In this document: piece by piece, positions 51,421 to 64,000 of the stretch | Position numbering within the stretch: position 1 is the stretch's first letter | Layout of the letters: each line of letters opens with the position of its first letter | Source of the DNA: Phoronis australis | Taxonomy: Eukaryota > Animalia > Phoronida | Assembly (NCBI GenBank): GCA_002633005.1 | Contig: NMRA01000100.1 | Coordinates: forward strand, 511,042 to 575,041 | Direction: 5' to 3' | Length of the DNA stretch: 64,000 bases | Program-made: the position numbers and the translations under genes | The notes under the pieces: generated by a model | What the model saw: only the letters and a program-made list of their open reading frames with translations | What the model was told of the DNA's origin: nothing | The model's database searches: none

Positions 51421-54400
51421 CAAAGCATGGAATGGTTCCAGGTGATAATTGGCCTTCACACATCTGGTAGTGTCTCTGGACTACCTGCAATTATTTTTTA
51501 TTAACTCACAACAGAAGCTGGGTCTGAAAGAATGTAAATGAATCCCTTCTAATATAAAGGGCATGTTCAATGCATGCAACAGCTTTAACTGTTGGTGTGA
51601 ATAGTAGCATTTAGGTAACAGTTACAATTGTAGAAAGGGTTTAGTTAGTCTGACCACAGCTTTTGTATCTGGTTTTAAGTTGTGGGTGTTGTAAATATTT
51701 GTTTGAATGGAAGTGAAAGTGGTTGCTTGGATTATTGTTTTGACAATTAAACATGACCAATTTCATTACTGGTTCTACAGTCACAACAAACCACAACTAT
51801 TGATTTTAATGTTGACATGTGTGGTAAGTGCAATTACCAGGGTCATTTCAAGGGTTTTGTTGTAGTTCATTTGTTATTTCATGGTCTTGGTAAATGATAG
51901 TAATTGCACATGATCTAAGCATGAGTCTGTTGAAGTCTCCTTGTCAACCAGTTGGCTTAGCACCTGTGTAAGAGTTATGATTGGCTGTGACATGATGTCA
52001 TCACTAGGTGAACCCATGAAATGTCTCAATGGGCAGGAGCCAGTCCAGCCTTAAAGTGCTCGTCATTTACTGAAGCATTTTTGAGATCATATTTTTGTGT
52101 TGACAAGTGCCTAGAATTTGGTATTCAGTTAGTAGAAACTGTTGATTTTCATTACCTTCAGTCAGACACAGTCGTCATCGTCAGATCCAGGTATTAATGC
52201 AAATTGTGTTTATGTGTTTATGATCTCTTCCTTTTTGCATTAGGCATCTATTGCACTGTGGGTCTATACAAGCATGTGTGCCGCCATAGATACTTATTAA
52301 GATATTCGCGACTTCGTCAAATCTCGTGGCTTAACACGATAGTACTTCATCAGGAGTCAAAACTTCCGATGTCTGGCTTCGCATGGTAACGAAGGTAAAC
52401 TTTGGTTTTTATTTTGCGCACTTCAAGGAAATTTTTTAGTTTGAAACTAATTTGTTGTGTTTAATGCAAACTAAATTGCATGTGTCAGCTACTCAAGTCG
52501 TTTTTTTGCTACGAAATTTGTTGGAACTAACTTGACAAGCTGTTGTTGATCGGAATGAATGTTGAGACAGTTCAGCACAAGAATCGAGACAGTTGGCCCA
52601 ATGAAAAGTGCATTCGTTCGATGAATTTTAGTTTGAATTTTGTGGGAATTTTGGCTTGAACTAAGTATAGTGTAGTTTCTCATGTGTCACTCGGTCTAGT
52701 ATACATAGTTACATAAAGTGGTGCAAATTGGTGAAATATTTTCATTAAAATAATACAGAATATTTTTAGAATTCAATTTAACTTCAGTTTTGGGGACAGA
52801 TTCAGTGTGTAACAAAAATATTTTTTGAAGAAAATGTTCTTGGTTACATTTTTTCTACTGCGTGGTGGTGCTGTGATCAGTTTCCTTTTTAAACAAGTGC
52901 ATTTTTCATCAAAATAGTTGTTTGCAGTGCATCAAAACATTTTAGAATAGGAGTATGTTCTTTTTGGATGGTCACCAACACAACACCTTGAGTTCCTATA
53001 TCATTTGACAGGAATGAAATTGACTTAAATTTCGTTGAAATTTTAGCGTCTAATTTAATTTTGTTTTGTTAAAAATGCACATAATCATTTTTATCGTATG
53101 GTGTGTATCATAAGACTGAAAACATTGATCTTGCTTGAGGAAATAAAGAATAATTCATGAAACATCACAGGTTTTTAAATAAATGACGAAATACTCTGAA
53201 AAAGACTAGGTTTCTGGTTTTTGCTCTTTTTGAATTCATTTGTTATGCAAATTTCATTTTTGGATTTGTTTTAAAATCTTTTGGAACAAAACATATATTT
53301 TCACTAAACCATAGCAATTCTTGAAGTGTTTTGTCATTTTCAAAGTGGTTTGGTGTCCATGCCATGTTTTTCGCCTACTTGTAAAGGACTCTCCATCTTG
53401 TTTTAGGAACATAGTAAGCTATGGATTCCTAAATATAGTTGTCTAAACTTGTCATTTTTGTGGCCTGAAATTTTTGCGTGCTGTTTGCCGAAAAAGGGCT
53501 GTTTTTAAGGCCTTAAAAATAAATAACTCAAGTACCATCTAACCGATTAAATAAATTCAAAAAGTTGTATAAATGGCATGTCTAAAGCTTCCATTTAAGA
53601 CTTTTCAAGTGTTTCTCATGAAATTTGTACTTTTCTTTGCTCTGGCAACTCTATTTTGTAAAATATAGTATGCAAAGGGTGTTTTTGTATTCCTTTCTCA
53701 GAAATGTATACACTTTATGTAATGTTGCTATGTGTTTTTGTGTTTGTCATGGTAAAAATCAATTCCATTGTATATTTGTGTTGCCACTTTTCGAAGGGAA
53801 ATTCCAGACTCCTGATTCTTACTCATTAGAACTGGGAAGGTAAAAAAATGAAAAATGTCTATTTTGTGTGTGTTGTGCTATCTGATAACCACTAAAAATG
53901 CTTCTTACAGAACACCTATCATTAACGGGGGTCTTCATGTTCTCTGATTTCAAATTTTGTAGTATTTTGTTTCAGTTGGTGGCTTTATTTCATGTAATTT
54001 AATGTACCTCCTTGTGCAGTCAAAAATGTAACACTTAAAACTGCACTCCCTTCACTGTGTATAAAGTACAAGAACTTAATTTACAAAAAATGTAATCTAC
54101 AAGTTTCCTTGCAAACATTGAATATCTGTTGGGGACAAAAAACCCTAAACAAAGTAACAGTGGTATTTGTTACTGGTCCTTCCAAATGTTGACTTGTTCA
54201 GTTCAATCGCAGCTTACCTTTCCACTACTCAATATTGGAACCGATTCTCTGGGTTAAGAGTTGATTTTCACAAAATCACATTGCAGATAAAACTCTAAGT
54301 TCCATATTACTTTACAGCTATTCCATGTATTTGTGATACAACCTATCCTTTTTATTTAGAGCATGTTCAGACACTGAAAGAGAAAAATGGACATTGGGTC

Positions 54401-55104
54401 CTAATGAGCAAGCATACCTTCATAATCATAAGTATCACTTGTTAAGAAACTGTGGAGAACATGTCAGTTCAGTTGGTATGTAGAGCAGGTTGTGTTGTGG
54501 TTGAAAGTATTGGAGTCCCTTTTAATTGCATTCGAGAAGCCTGTTTTGAATAAGTAGCAAACAGGGTCATGCTGCACTTGTTTGCATGGCCTTCTTGTTA
54601 CCCCCCTCCATTAATCAGTCTTGGCAGTATTTCACACCTGCTGTGTACGACTGTGTATTTTACTAGCTTTTGCTCTGTGGTGGTATGACTGCGTCATTTT
54701 ATTTCCACTTGAGAATGAAACAAGTACGTTTGGAAATAGCTTGACTCTTGGTCAATTTCTGTACCAATGCTCTGTTGAGTGTCTAACTTTGTTCCGAGAA
54801 TACCAGCGGAATGAACTAAAGAATGTTAACAGCAAGAAGTGTTGTGTATTGAACCAAGTTTGCATAATTATAACTATGTTTAGAAGTTGCGTTACAATAG
54901 TGACAGGAAGATTTTGAAACTCAGGCTTTGCAAATGATATGTCAATGTCATTTAGCCTTTGACCCTTCCCCTTGGAACAAAGCTGTTTTAATTACACAAA
55001 TATTTATTGTTTAAAACATTGTTACTAATTTATTTTTGTTAGTTAATACTTGTAGTTATGATTATGACCTGATTCTACTGAATGTAAACAAACACTAATA
55101 CTAC

Positions 55105-56455
55105 TTGCAGCTAATGCGACTGTAAATGTAAAAACATGGGGAAAATGAGCTGAAGACGTTTCTGGCATTAATAACTCATAACATGTCTGAATTATCTTGT
55201 GTCATGCCATGAATAATGCACTCACACGAAAGTCACGCATCTCTAAAGATATGCGTGACTTTTCACCGCTCGTCATTCGGAGCGGCTTGTACCGGGATCA
55301 AGAGGGACTCAGTTGTGATGACTGCAGTGTCCTATGGAGCAAGACCCAATTAAGTGTAATTACCCAATCATAAACTGTAGTAAACACCTCTGCCTGTACA
55401 TACTGGCAAATTCTCAAAATGCATTAAAAACATATACCACAGCAGTATTGAGATGGATAAAACAACCAAGTTTGGTTTTTGATTTTTAAAAATCAAGGAG
55501 CTATAGCTAAAAACTACAAACATTGGGTTCAATTGAAGATAAACGACTGTGTATTGATATACTCGCTGATTTACAAATGCTGATCAGAGTTAACAATATC
55601 ACGTGGATTATTCTTTTAATATGCAACTAAGCTACATTGAAACATCTATGAACAACACACAGAGACTAAATTAGATATCAATAATTTTTAAAACATCGCT
55701 TATGGCCCAGTGCATGCCAAACTACTTTAATCCAGGAGTAGTACACTAACCAAAAAACTGCTATTCGCGGCAATGCACCAATTTCGATAGTTAACTTGAA
55801 CTTGTAATGGAACACCTGTGAAGATAACTAAGATGGCTAGCTTTGTAGTCAATGAGAGAGTGCAAGCAGTGGATGAGGTTGGTCGGTGGGCAAGAGCTGC
55901 GATTTCGTTTTTATGACTAAGCAAAAGCTAGAATAGTTATGTAGTTACTGCAACCAAAATTGTCCAGAGGTTCCAAATCTTCAGTTTGGCTATCACCATA
56001 TTTGCGCATTCGTATATATTTTATGATTTGAGTTCTAATAAAGATTGAACCTGAACTAATGGCACGTGGAGTTTTGTTTGCTGTGGCATGTTTGGTGTAG
56101 CTATAATCTGGAAAATTCGAAGATGGGTTCACAATGACTTCTAAGTTGTTTTGATGCTTCAGTTAAACACAAAATAAAAAGATAGCAATCATAACCGGTA
56201 AGAAAATAGCAAGTAGACAGGAGTATTAAAATAAAGTAATGGAAACAGGTATGAAACATATTTAAAACCAACGTTCCTTTGGGAAGTGGCTCTTTGTCAA
56301 GATCAATGCAAATTAACTTTTTAATCTTTTAGTAATATTTAAAATGTTCTAAGTTAAAACTGCTCTCCATATTGCAGGCTTTAACTCTGTTCAAATGCCA
56401 GAGAAAAACAATTTGAGTGTAATAATGATCACCATTGTTAAGAGTAGTGCTAGCT
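55105..56455 (+). mobile_element. Old dispersed repeat (Kolobok-like), copy 2
   Basis: colinear homology with 35966-37050 plus extra internal sequence; boundaries approximate. Confidence 0.6.
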
Positions 56456-56828
56456 ATTACCTTTCCACTTCATTAGCTCAGATCTACATCAATACAAAGA
56501 GCGTGATGAATAGGGATCCTAAAAATGTCTGGGGCTTATGGACTCAGAGTGGTGACCAGTGTAAGCGAGAAATTCTCCACATGGTATGTTTTAAATGACA
56601 TATCAGAGAACAATATACGCATTTTATTTTTACAAGTCTTAAAAACTTAAAAAAATTAAGCAATTCGACTAACTAATTAATCAAATCTTGAAAACAGGAA
56701 GTTTTCTATTCTGCGTCTGCAGCGCCCTGTCATTGTCGGTGCTTATGTCCCTTGGTCGGCGACATGCTCAACGTGCTCTAACGGGAGTTGGCAGTCCCTA
56801 TCTGTTGTCTATGTTGTCTGACCATTTA

Positions 56829-56969
56829 CACTTAATTGACTTCACTAGTTGCGTGCCCAGTCAACTGGCCAAGACATCTGATTGGTTCTTGATGACAGCT
56901 TCTGACTTGCAGACCAATCAGATGTCTTCACCTGGTTAACCTGGCATATCAGGTGAAGTCAATGAAGTG
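56829..56969. repeat. Fold-back (palindromic) element
   Basis: nested IRs CACTTAATTGACTTCAC / GTGAAGTCAATGAAGTG and AAGACATCTGATTGGT / ACCAATCAGATGTCTT. Confidence 0.8.
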
Positions 56970-58451
56970 GAATCAGTAGAAGGCACTTGAATCACAAAAC
57001 CTCTGCTACCAACATATGCAAAAGCATAGTATATTAAAGTAATTATTTCATTGGTCACAATGAATTAAAATGTTTTTTTTTTGAAATCAAGCAAAATAGA
57101 ATTGCACTTCCTCTGAGGATGCATTTTGCATTCTGCAATGCAACCAAGCTTAGAAAAGCGGCATATTAACTTCATGGATGTTTCACCTTTGACACAATTT
57201 TGTAATATTATAAGATTAAATCGTATGTTTCGTTTCTTGCTTGTCTTGTAATTTTCAGACAGAAGTACTAGCAGATTCAGCGTAATTCTGTTTTCCTGCA
57301 TTGTTCAGTGTAACCTCCAGTCGGTGCTTTTTGTCGTTGCCAACAAACCTCTCTGAAAGGCCTGCCACACAGGTGTTGATTGTGATGTCATGCAGGAAGG
57401 TTAGTGTGTGACTTTTATGTAGGGAATCTGGTCATTTTAATGCACTAAAGCTTACAAACGGCAATATTGATAGTGTAGCTTGTCTACTAGTATTGCCAGT
57501 AAACTTGAACAACAAGACAACCACTTAGCCTAATGAAGTATTACTATGTGTAAAATATCAGTTTTGAAAAGGCCTTCAAATGAAAAAACAATCCACCCTC
57601 AACTTGTAATTTTCTTATTGATGTGACGTGTTCAGCATAACCTCAGGGTCACTGTTCAGGTACGTCAATCTTGTTTTGGTATTCCTCCACAGATGTGGGA
57701 AGGCATGATTATGGTGGTGAAAATTTTCTCCAATTATGTTGCTCTGACAATTTTTGTTGTTCGCATTTTTCGTCCTATTCGCATCAAATTTACACAAAAC
57801 GTCTAGCTTTGAAATATCTGGAAATTTAGTGTTTTTCATCATAATCAGATTCAAGATGGTGGACATGGAAGCCATTTCATTTTCGATTTTCAGATTCAAA
57901 TGATCCTATAGGCTGCAATTTTTGACATACACCAGAGATGTACCATTGCGTGTAGGCACCTTGATTTCAGGATGAAAACATTTTGTCCTGTAGAGGGCGC
58001 ATTGTGAGGACCAATTGCTTGTAAATTTTTCATGTCTTAGTTCCCCGTTAAGGTAGCTGTTATTGAATGTTGCTTAACTGGAAGTTGTTTTCAAAATGGC
58101 GAATCTCACACATTTTCGTCATTTTTCAATTGTGCCGGGGTGCCATTTTGAACAGGAGGAGAAAATGATGTGAATTTTTGCATCTGGATTTTCTGAGGTA
58201 TGTTCTAAGGTATGAACTGTAATAATTTTTTCTTAGACTTACCATTTTTTGTGTTATTTGACTTTCAATTTCAAAAAAAGGACGTTCGTGGAATTTTGTA
58301 ACACTTAATCGTTATATACTTTTGAATGGCTTTCAGAAAATGTCTTCTATTTTTCACTACACGTCTTGTTTCCGAATTATCCGGAATTTTCTGATGACGC
58401 TATTCCTTTGGTGACTCAGATTTTTTTGCACTTTTGTTGGTTTACGTCAGC

Positions 58452-59840
58452 TGATAAATCACTATAAAGATATACAACAAAGCTAGCATCAAATAAATGA
58501 CTGAGAAATGAGTGCATTTATAACATTGTTAGAAGCCTTTGTAAGTTGAAAAGAGACTGATTTTGGCAATTATTTTTGTCCGAAAATTTTGAGACGTTCC
58601 CCTACTGATGATAATAACAAAGAGATAAGTTCAACCCCAGATTTCGAAGTTGACTGTCATTATTGGTGGTTATGTATTGATCAGTCATGCTGTGAACATT
58701 CCCACTAAACGAGATGATCAGGGAAAACTGTGGGGTTTGGCCGATTGAACTAGGCCATATTTATCCACCTTAGCTATGTTGCGCTCAGCTCACGATCAAA
58801 GGGATCCCGCCTAGTTGCTCTATTCATCGAGTCACAAGTGAGGATAATAGCGGAGTTGCAACGCCGCCATATTGGAAATGGGTCAGAATGTTGCATTGTG
58901 GTTAAGCCGGTAAACAAGTACGTTGGCAAGCGTGGGGGCGAACCGGCCACAGGGAGGTTATACGTGTTGTGTGCCTGGCATGCTATAATACCAGTTAGCG
59001 AAATAAAAAATTTAGTTACTACCTGTTTCCCAAGGATCAAGAACTGCGTTAAACATGGGTCAGAGACATCGGTAGAGCTGGTAGCTAAGGCCGACTTCGT
59101 GAATTCTTTCCGACTTCGTAGCATAAAGTGTGCAGCGCTCATTTTGAGGGCGGCAAGAAAACGTATCTTAGAAACTGCCCAACAATATCTCCCTTCAAAG
59201 AAACAGTAACAAANCCATCTCCAAATCCACACATGTGATTTCAAATTGAACTAGAGTCAAGTGAATGCCAGGGTGATTTTATTCATGCTGTAAAATGTTA
59301 CCAATTTAGGACCAGTACGGCCAACAAAGGAAATTTTCGTTTCATTTTTTTATAAAAGATCAGTAGCACCAAATAAATGATCAATCACTATAAAGATCTA
59401 CAACAAAGCTAACATCAAATAAATGACTGAGAAATGAGTGCATTTATAACATTGTTAGAAGCCTTTGTAAGTTGAAAAGAGACCGATTTTGGCAATTATT
59501 TTTGTCCAAAATTTTTGATAATAACAAAGAGATAAGTTCAACCCAGATTTCTAAGTTGACTGTCATGATTGGTGGTTATGTATTGATCAGTCATGCTGTG
59601 AACATTCCCACTAAACGAGATGACGTCACCCCCACTGATCAGGGAAAACTGTGGGTTTGGCTGATTGAACTAGACCATATTTATCCACCTTAGCTGTGTT
59701 GCTCACGATCAAAGGGATCCCGCCTAGTTGCTCTATTCATCGAGTCACAAGCGAGGATAATTGGCTTCGCTCATGTGGATACGATCAGCTGATAACAATC
59801 TAGCCTAGATGACCGTATTTTTTATGAAGAGCGGTTTACG
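58452..59840 (+). repeat. Dispersed repeat, two adjacent copies (58452-58848 and 59378-59761+) with a third at 63740-64000
   Basis: direct alignment of ~390 bp; probably part of a larger transposon starting near TTAA at ~58048. Confidence 0.85.
58953..59200 (+). pseudogene. THAP-domain pseudogene (5' end of a THAP-transposase element, possibly ISL2EU/Harbinger-type)
   Basis: GGYTCCVPG/CYNTS*RNKKFSYYLFPKDQELR*TWVRDIGRAGS*GRLREFFPTS*HKVCSAHFEGGKKTYLRNCPTISP: complete C2CH, FP, W and PTI signature, with 1 frameshift and 4 stops. Confidence 0.85.
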
Positions 59841-60720
59841 AAGTTTTGAGTGTAATATTTGAAAAGAGGAGAGAAAAAATGTTGGTACAGCTTCGAATTT
59901 TTCAAATCAGCCCAGAATAAGAGATTTAGCAACACAGCAACACTCACGATTACTTTCATTCGGCGCACACGAATACAAAAATATAGGACCCAAGTTATTT
60001 AGATTTTGCAACACATGCATTGCAATATTCAAAATATGTTTATTATAGCTCTTACAAGCTGTAAAATGACGTTGTTTAATTTCATTGTGCTCATTCATTA
60101 TCATCCGTCAAATCGGAAGTTTTCGAGATGTGATCTGCGGCGTGCGCGCATGTATACAAAACACGGGATCGTTATGTTCCTGAAGTACGAACATTAAGAA
60201 ACTTTAGCACACCGTTATTATTGACAGGGACGCAATAAAAACAAAATTGGATTTTGACGATAGTCTCAATACAGTGAGCTGGCTGACTTTTAAGGTACCA
60301 CTGCGTCAGTGTCTCCATTAGACCCAGAAATTTCACACAGCCCGGTTAGTTCACTCCGTCACTACCTCGTCCCCAACATGTAGATCCAACCTAGGACTAA
60401 TAATGTTTTACTCCACGGTAGAGCTAACGACCGTCGGCCTGTGTACACAAAATCTAAGTTAACCGGCATTCACCTTGCACGTTGCAGTCGTTCAAGTGAA
60501 AAACAATCTAATAAACGCCATTTTCTTGCATAATCCTCCGCCTTTTTTAACAAAAGTCTGTCGTCCATGACCCCGGCGCACGCACTCGCTCACTCACTCT
60601 CATACGCAGACGAACTTCAAAACAAACGTTACGTGACAACAACAGACTTGCCGTGAAGGTATTAACTATTCCATGGTCACACATTAGTGAAAAAGTCATT
60701 ACTAAACTACTGGGACTAAA

Positions 60721-61128
60721 ACTGTTTTTATGCGGGAAACAGTTGTCACCACGCAACTTGCTCCCCTTAAATGCATTTATACAACATTAGATGGCAAACT
60801 GGAGTGGAATTTATGTCATTTGCATGAACAGGCATGCTCGCATAAACAACAACGAATGTCCAAACCACCTGGAATGCTAGTGAATCACTGTTATCTACGC
60901 ATAACAGAGATGATGATCCTTCCACCTTATGCTCCAGTTTGTGTTTAGGCATGTAACTGGAACTGGAGCAACTGATCTTGCACAACTTGCTCTAGCCGGC
61001 TCTCCAACTGGTGACAACCATCGCGGTGTCAACTTGCTCCCTGTCAAGGTGATAATACACACACATTTGCGCTTGACCATCTGTTCGGTGTTAGTTGCTC
61101 GGTGACAACTGTCTTCTGTGTAAACAGT
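60721..61128. mobile_element. Decayed MITE
   Basis: IR ACAGTTGTCACC..GCAACT / AGTTGCTCGGTGACAACTGT; internal CAACTTGCTC repeats. Confidence 0.6.
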
Positions 61129-61373
61129 GCGACTTAAAAGTGAACACCTTGCACGGGGAAGTCAATTGTTTTCCACCTGGATGTTCAGGTGTAAATTATT
61201 CCCAATTAGGCGTGAAGTCCCTAAGTGAAGTCCTGTCAAGCACTTATCAAGGATTCATCATTTAACATGAACTTGTTTTATTGATTTTCGGTATGAAAAG
61301 ATAAGAATCACCACAAAGGCACTAAATGTCGTGCATAATTGTTCTGACTTATGCTACTAATACATTGTCAGTG

Positions 61374-62005
61374 TTGTAAACTAACCACAAGTTTATTTGA
61401 ATCAAATGTTATTTAATTTTAATCAATGGCTGACACTTGGACATCCAAGTTCTATATTTACATTTAACCCAAGATACCACCAATTGTGGAAGTGAATCAG
61501 CTGATGTGTGATTATATGTACATAGTTAGGCCCATGAGCCTACATCCCAAAAATGCTGTAAATTTATTTTGCATCCCCGCAGATTTCTCAAAAATGTTGA
61601 ATTCTTAGCCATGTCGTGAACACATCCACTAAAACAAGAAACTGTAGGAACACCGCATTTATCCACCTTCACTCTTATCAGGCTTCTATTGTGAGTCAGC
61701 ATGCGTGAATAATTGGCTGATAAGCCACCTCTGGAACTACTTTTGGCTGAATGGATGACCAGGCNTTGTAAACTAACCACAAGTTTATTTGAATCAAATG
61801 TTATTTAATTTTAATCAATGGCTGACACTTGGACATCCAAGTTCTATATTTACATTTAACCCAAGATACCACCAATTGTGGAAGTGAATCAGCTGATGTG
61901 TGATTATATGTACATAATTAGGCCCATGAGCCTACATCCCAAAAATGCTGTAAATTTATTTTGCATCCCCGCAGATCGATTTCTCAAAAATGTTAAATTC
62001 TCAGC
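61374..62005. repeat. ~236-bp duplication across a single-N join
   Basis: 61374-61609 vs 61766-62005; second copy starts immediately after the N at 61765. Confidence 0.9.
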
Positions 62006-62476
62006 GTGGATTCGGAAGTGCTGTTCCCGTATGGTAATGATGGAATTTCTTTCATGTAAGTTTCAAGCACATTTTATAAGGAGAAAATTCTGCATTGGGA
62101 CACGAATTTGCACTTCCCAAATTTTACTGGATTAATTGATACCCGCAAAAGTTATTAACAACCTACATTTATTGATTCTATTAAAATTCCAATCATCTGT
62201 ATCATAAACCCCTTTTGCATGCTGCATTGACCGTGTAATGTCGGTGTATGCCACTAGGGGGACATAACTTTCCGATATTCAAGAATCTTTGAGGGACACT
62301 GCAACTTATGGAATTGATCCCATGTATTTTTTCGTTAATCATTTCTGGGATTTCAGTCAAACTTCCTTCAAAGTTTTGGGGAAGTCTCAGGATTAAAGTT
62401 AAATCTAAACTTTGTGAAAGTCTGCATATTGACAAAGGATGAGGAATGCAATGGAATTTTGTATACCGTAACTTAA

Positions 62477-63720
62477 AAAGAGAAAGCCACGTGGTTTAAT
62501 TAGTTTTTGCTAACGTCTTAATCAGTCTATATCCATATCACCTCATATATGGTCGATCTCACCTCGCCGAAGGGTGTCTGTTAACATGTGAGGAAGATGA
62601 GTACATGACACAGCAACATTAGTGGTTCTTCTGCCGAGTGTGCCGCTATGGTGTGGTGTATTGTTCCCATAACGCAAAATGCTTGTGATAGAATGATAGA
62701 ATCTTGGGGGGGATACAGGAACTATTAACTTAACACACTTTTATCAGTGATTTCAATAGTTTATTACCTGTTCAGGCTGTAGGGACAATAAAAATGGTAA
62801 TTATATCTGGTCTGGCAATGGAACTTAATGCCATCAGGTAATGTGTATAGGCATGAAATCCCACCTTACTGGCTTAACAAAGGATTGTGGCTTCCTCAGG
62901 AATTTCCACCAACCCGAAAATGAGGCGAGGATTTTCAGGTCGGTCTATCATGACCAAAACGCGTTTATGCCCGCTTGTGTGAACCATGAAGCTGCAAGGA
63001 ACGCGGGTATATCGCTTTTTTGATCTCCTCGAGAATCCGAAATGCTTCGGAAGTGGTTCCTGGTAGTAAAGAACGGAAAAGTACGAGGCCATGAAATATC
63101 TCCATGTCTGTTGCCTGAATTGTCCTGTTTCAAAATGAGTTATTCTCACCCTAAACAATGTTTATAAACTGAAACAGATTGTCAAAGTCTGTCTAAGTAG
63201 ATGCAGTTTGTAATGCTGTGTTCGTGAATGCAAATGTTTTGAGAAATCAACAATGAATAAATTATACTGCGTTATGGGCTTCGGGGATGCAAATTGACCG
63301 CCATATGGGCGCATGATTATTCAGTGTTTGCTGACAGAAAGCTGTTATGAACTAAAACCCGATTTTATATGCTATGGTCAGATGTTAGTGGAATCTTTAT
63401 TTAGATATGTATCCGATATTAAAATCATTGTTATTGTACACCTAGTTTTCCCTGTACGGTTCTGTGGAAGGGGAACCTTGCTAAGGTGCGGCTCCCGACA
63501 AGTGCGTAGATTTGCAATTTCGCTGCAAATTCACCAAGCATCCATGTGCACATTACAACTTCTTTTGTTCTGTAATCTATTCTTTTCGTGACTAGAAGTT
63601 TAGTTTTCAACTTTCACAGCCGACTCACCCAGCTGGTTTACGTTGGTAATGTTTCCAGTTGGCCGCGACGGGCCTGATTGGGTTCCAGCGAGCCACTGGG
63701 TTATAAAGAGCATTTTGTGC
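62477..63720 (+). mobile_element. Diverged Kolobok-like copy with THAP relic (family of 15998-17676)
   Basis: TTAA plus degenerate TIR; colinear with 15998-17200; MVWCIVP[insert]ACVNHEAARNAGISLF*SPRESEMLRKWFLVVKN. Confidence 0.8.
62668..62969. mobile_element. ~300-bp element nested in the THAP relic
   Basis: splits GTTCC|CGCTTG relative to copy 1; imperfect TIR CATAACGC..GATAGA / TCTATC..GCGTTTATG; 2-bp CC TSD. Confidence 0.65.
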
Positions 63721-64000
63721 TAAGTCATGGTGAATTTCTGGCTTCATGCTATGAACATTCCCACTAAATAAAATTGGTTCTAACCCCAGTGGTTAAGGTA
63801 AACGGCGGGGTATGGAAAATTGAACTAGACCGTATTTATCCACCTTGGCTGAGTTGCACTCGGCTCACGATCAAAGGGATGCCGCCAGGCTGCTCTAGTC
63901 ATCGAGTCACGAGCGAGGATAATTGGCTTCGCTCATGCGGATATGATCAGCTGATTACAATCTAGCTAGCAGACTGTACTTTTTATGGTGAGAGTTTTAC

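Noticed and set aside
58838-59209. 123-aa plus-strand ORF and the 156-aa antisense ORF
   Set aside because: Off-frame/antisense shadows of the interrupted THAP frame; no recognisable protein features

Overview
Eukaryotic (animal, probably marine invertebrate; inference) genomic DNA, AT-rich and intron-rich. It holds two spliced protein-coding genes arranged head-to-head. (1) Minus strand: a secreted or cell-surface immunoglobulin-superfamily gene (signal peptide, V-set, two C2-set domains, a nephrin-like Ig domain; 6 coding exons, 6608->1895, continuing past the window start). (2) Plus strand: a complete 9-exon HSDL2 gene (8608-19798, 538 aa) with an SDR domain, two tandem SCP2 domains and a C-terminal SKL peroxisomal signal. 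From ~23.4 kb to the end I found no convincing coding exon; this looks like the long 5' intron(s) of a third plus-strand gene. It is packed with non-autonomous DNA transposons (Kolobok-like TTAA elements with THAP relics, Tc1/mariner-type, hAT-type, TWA-TSD elements), SINE relics, minisatellites and palindromes. Two duplications lie next to single-N joins and may be haplotype assembly artefacts. Most notable: the duplicated SCP2 module on a skippable symmetric exon, three decayed tandem copies of the splice acceptor and catalytic YxxxK exon start of HSDL2, and a CATG-ended MITE family with 5-bp TSDs. I see no evidence for a new multi-gene system. All calls are by eye; no database search was run.
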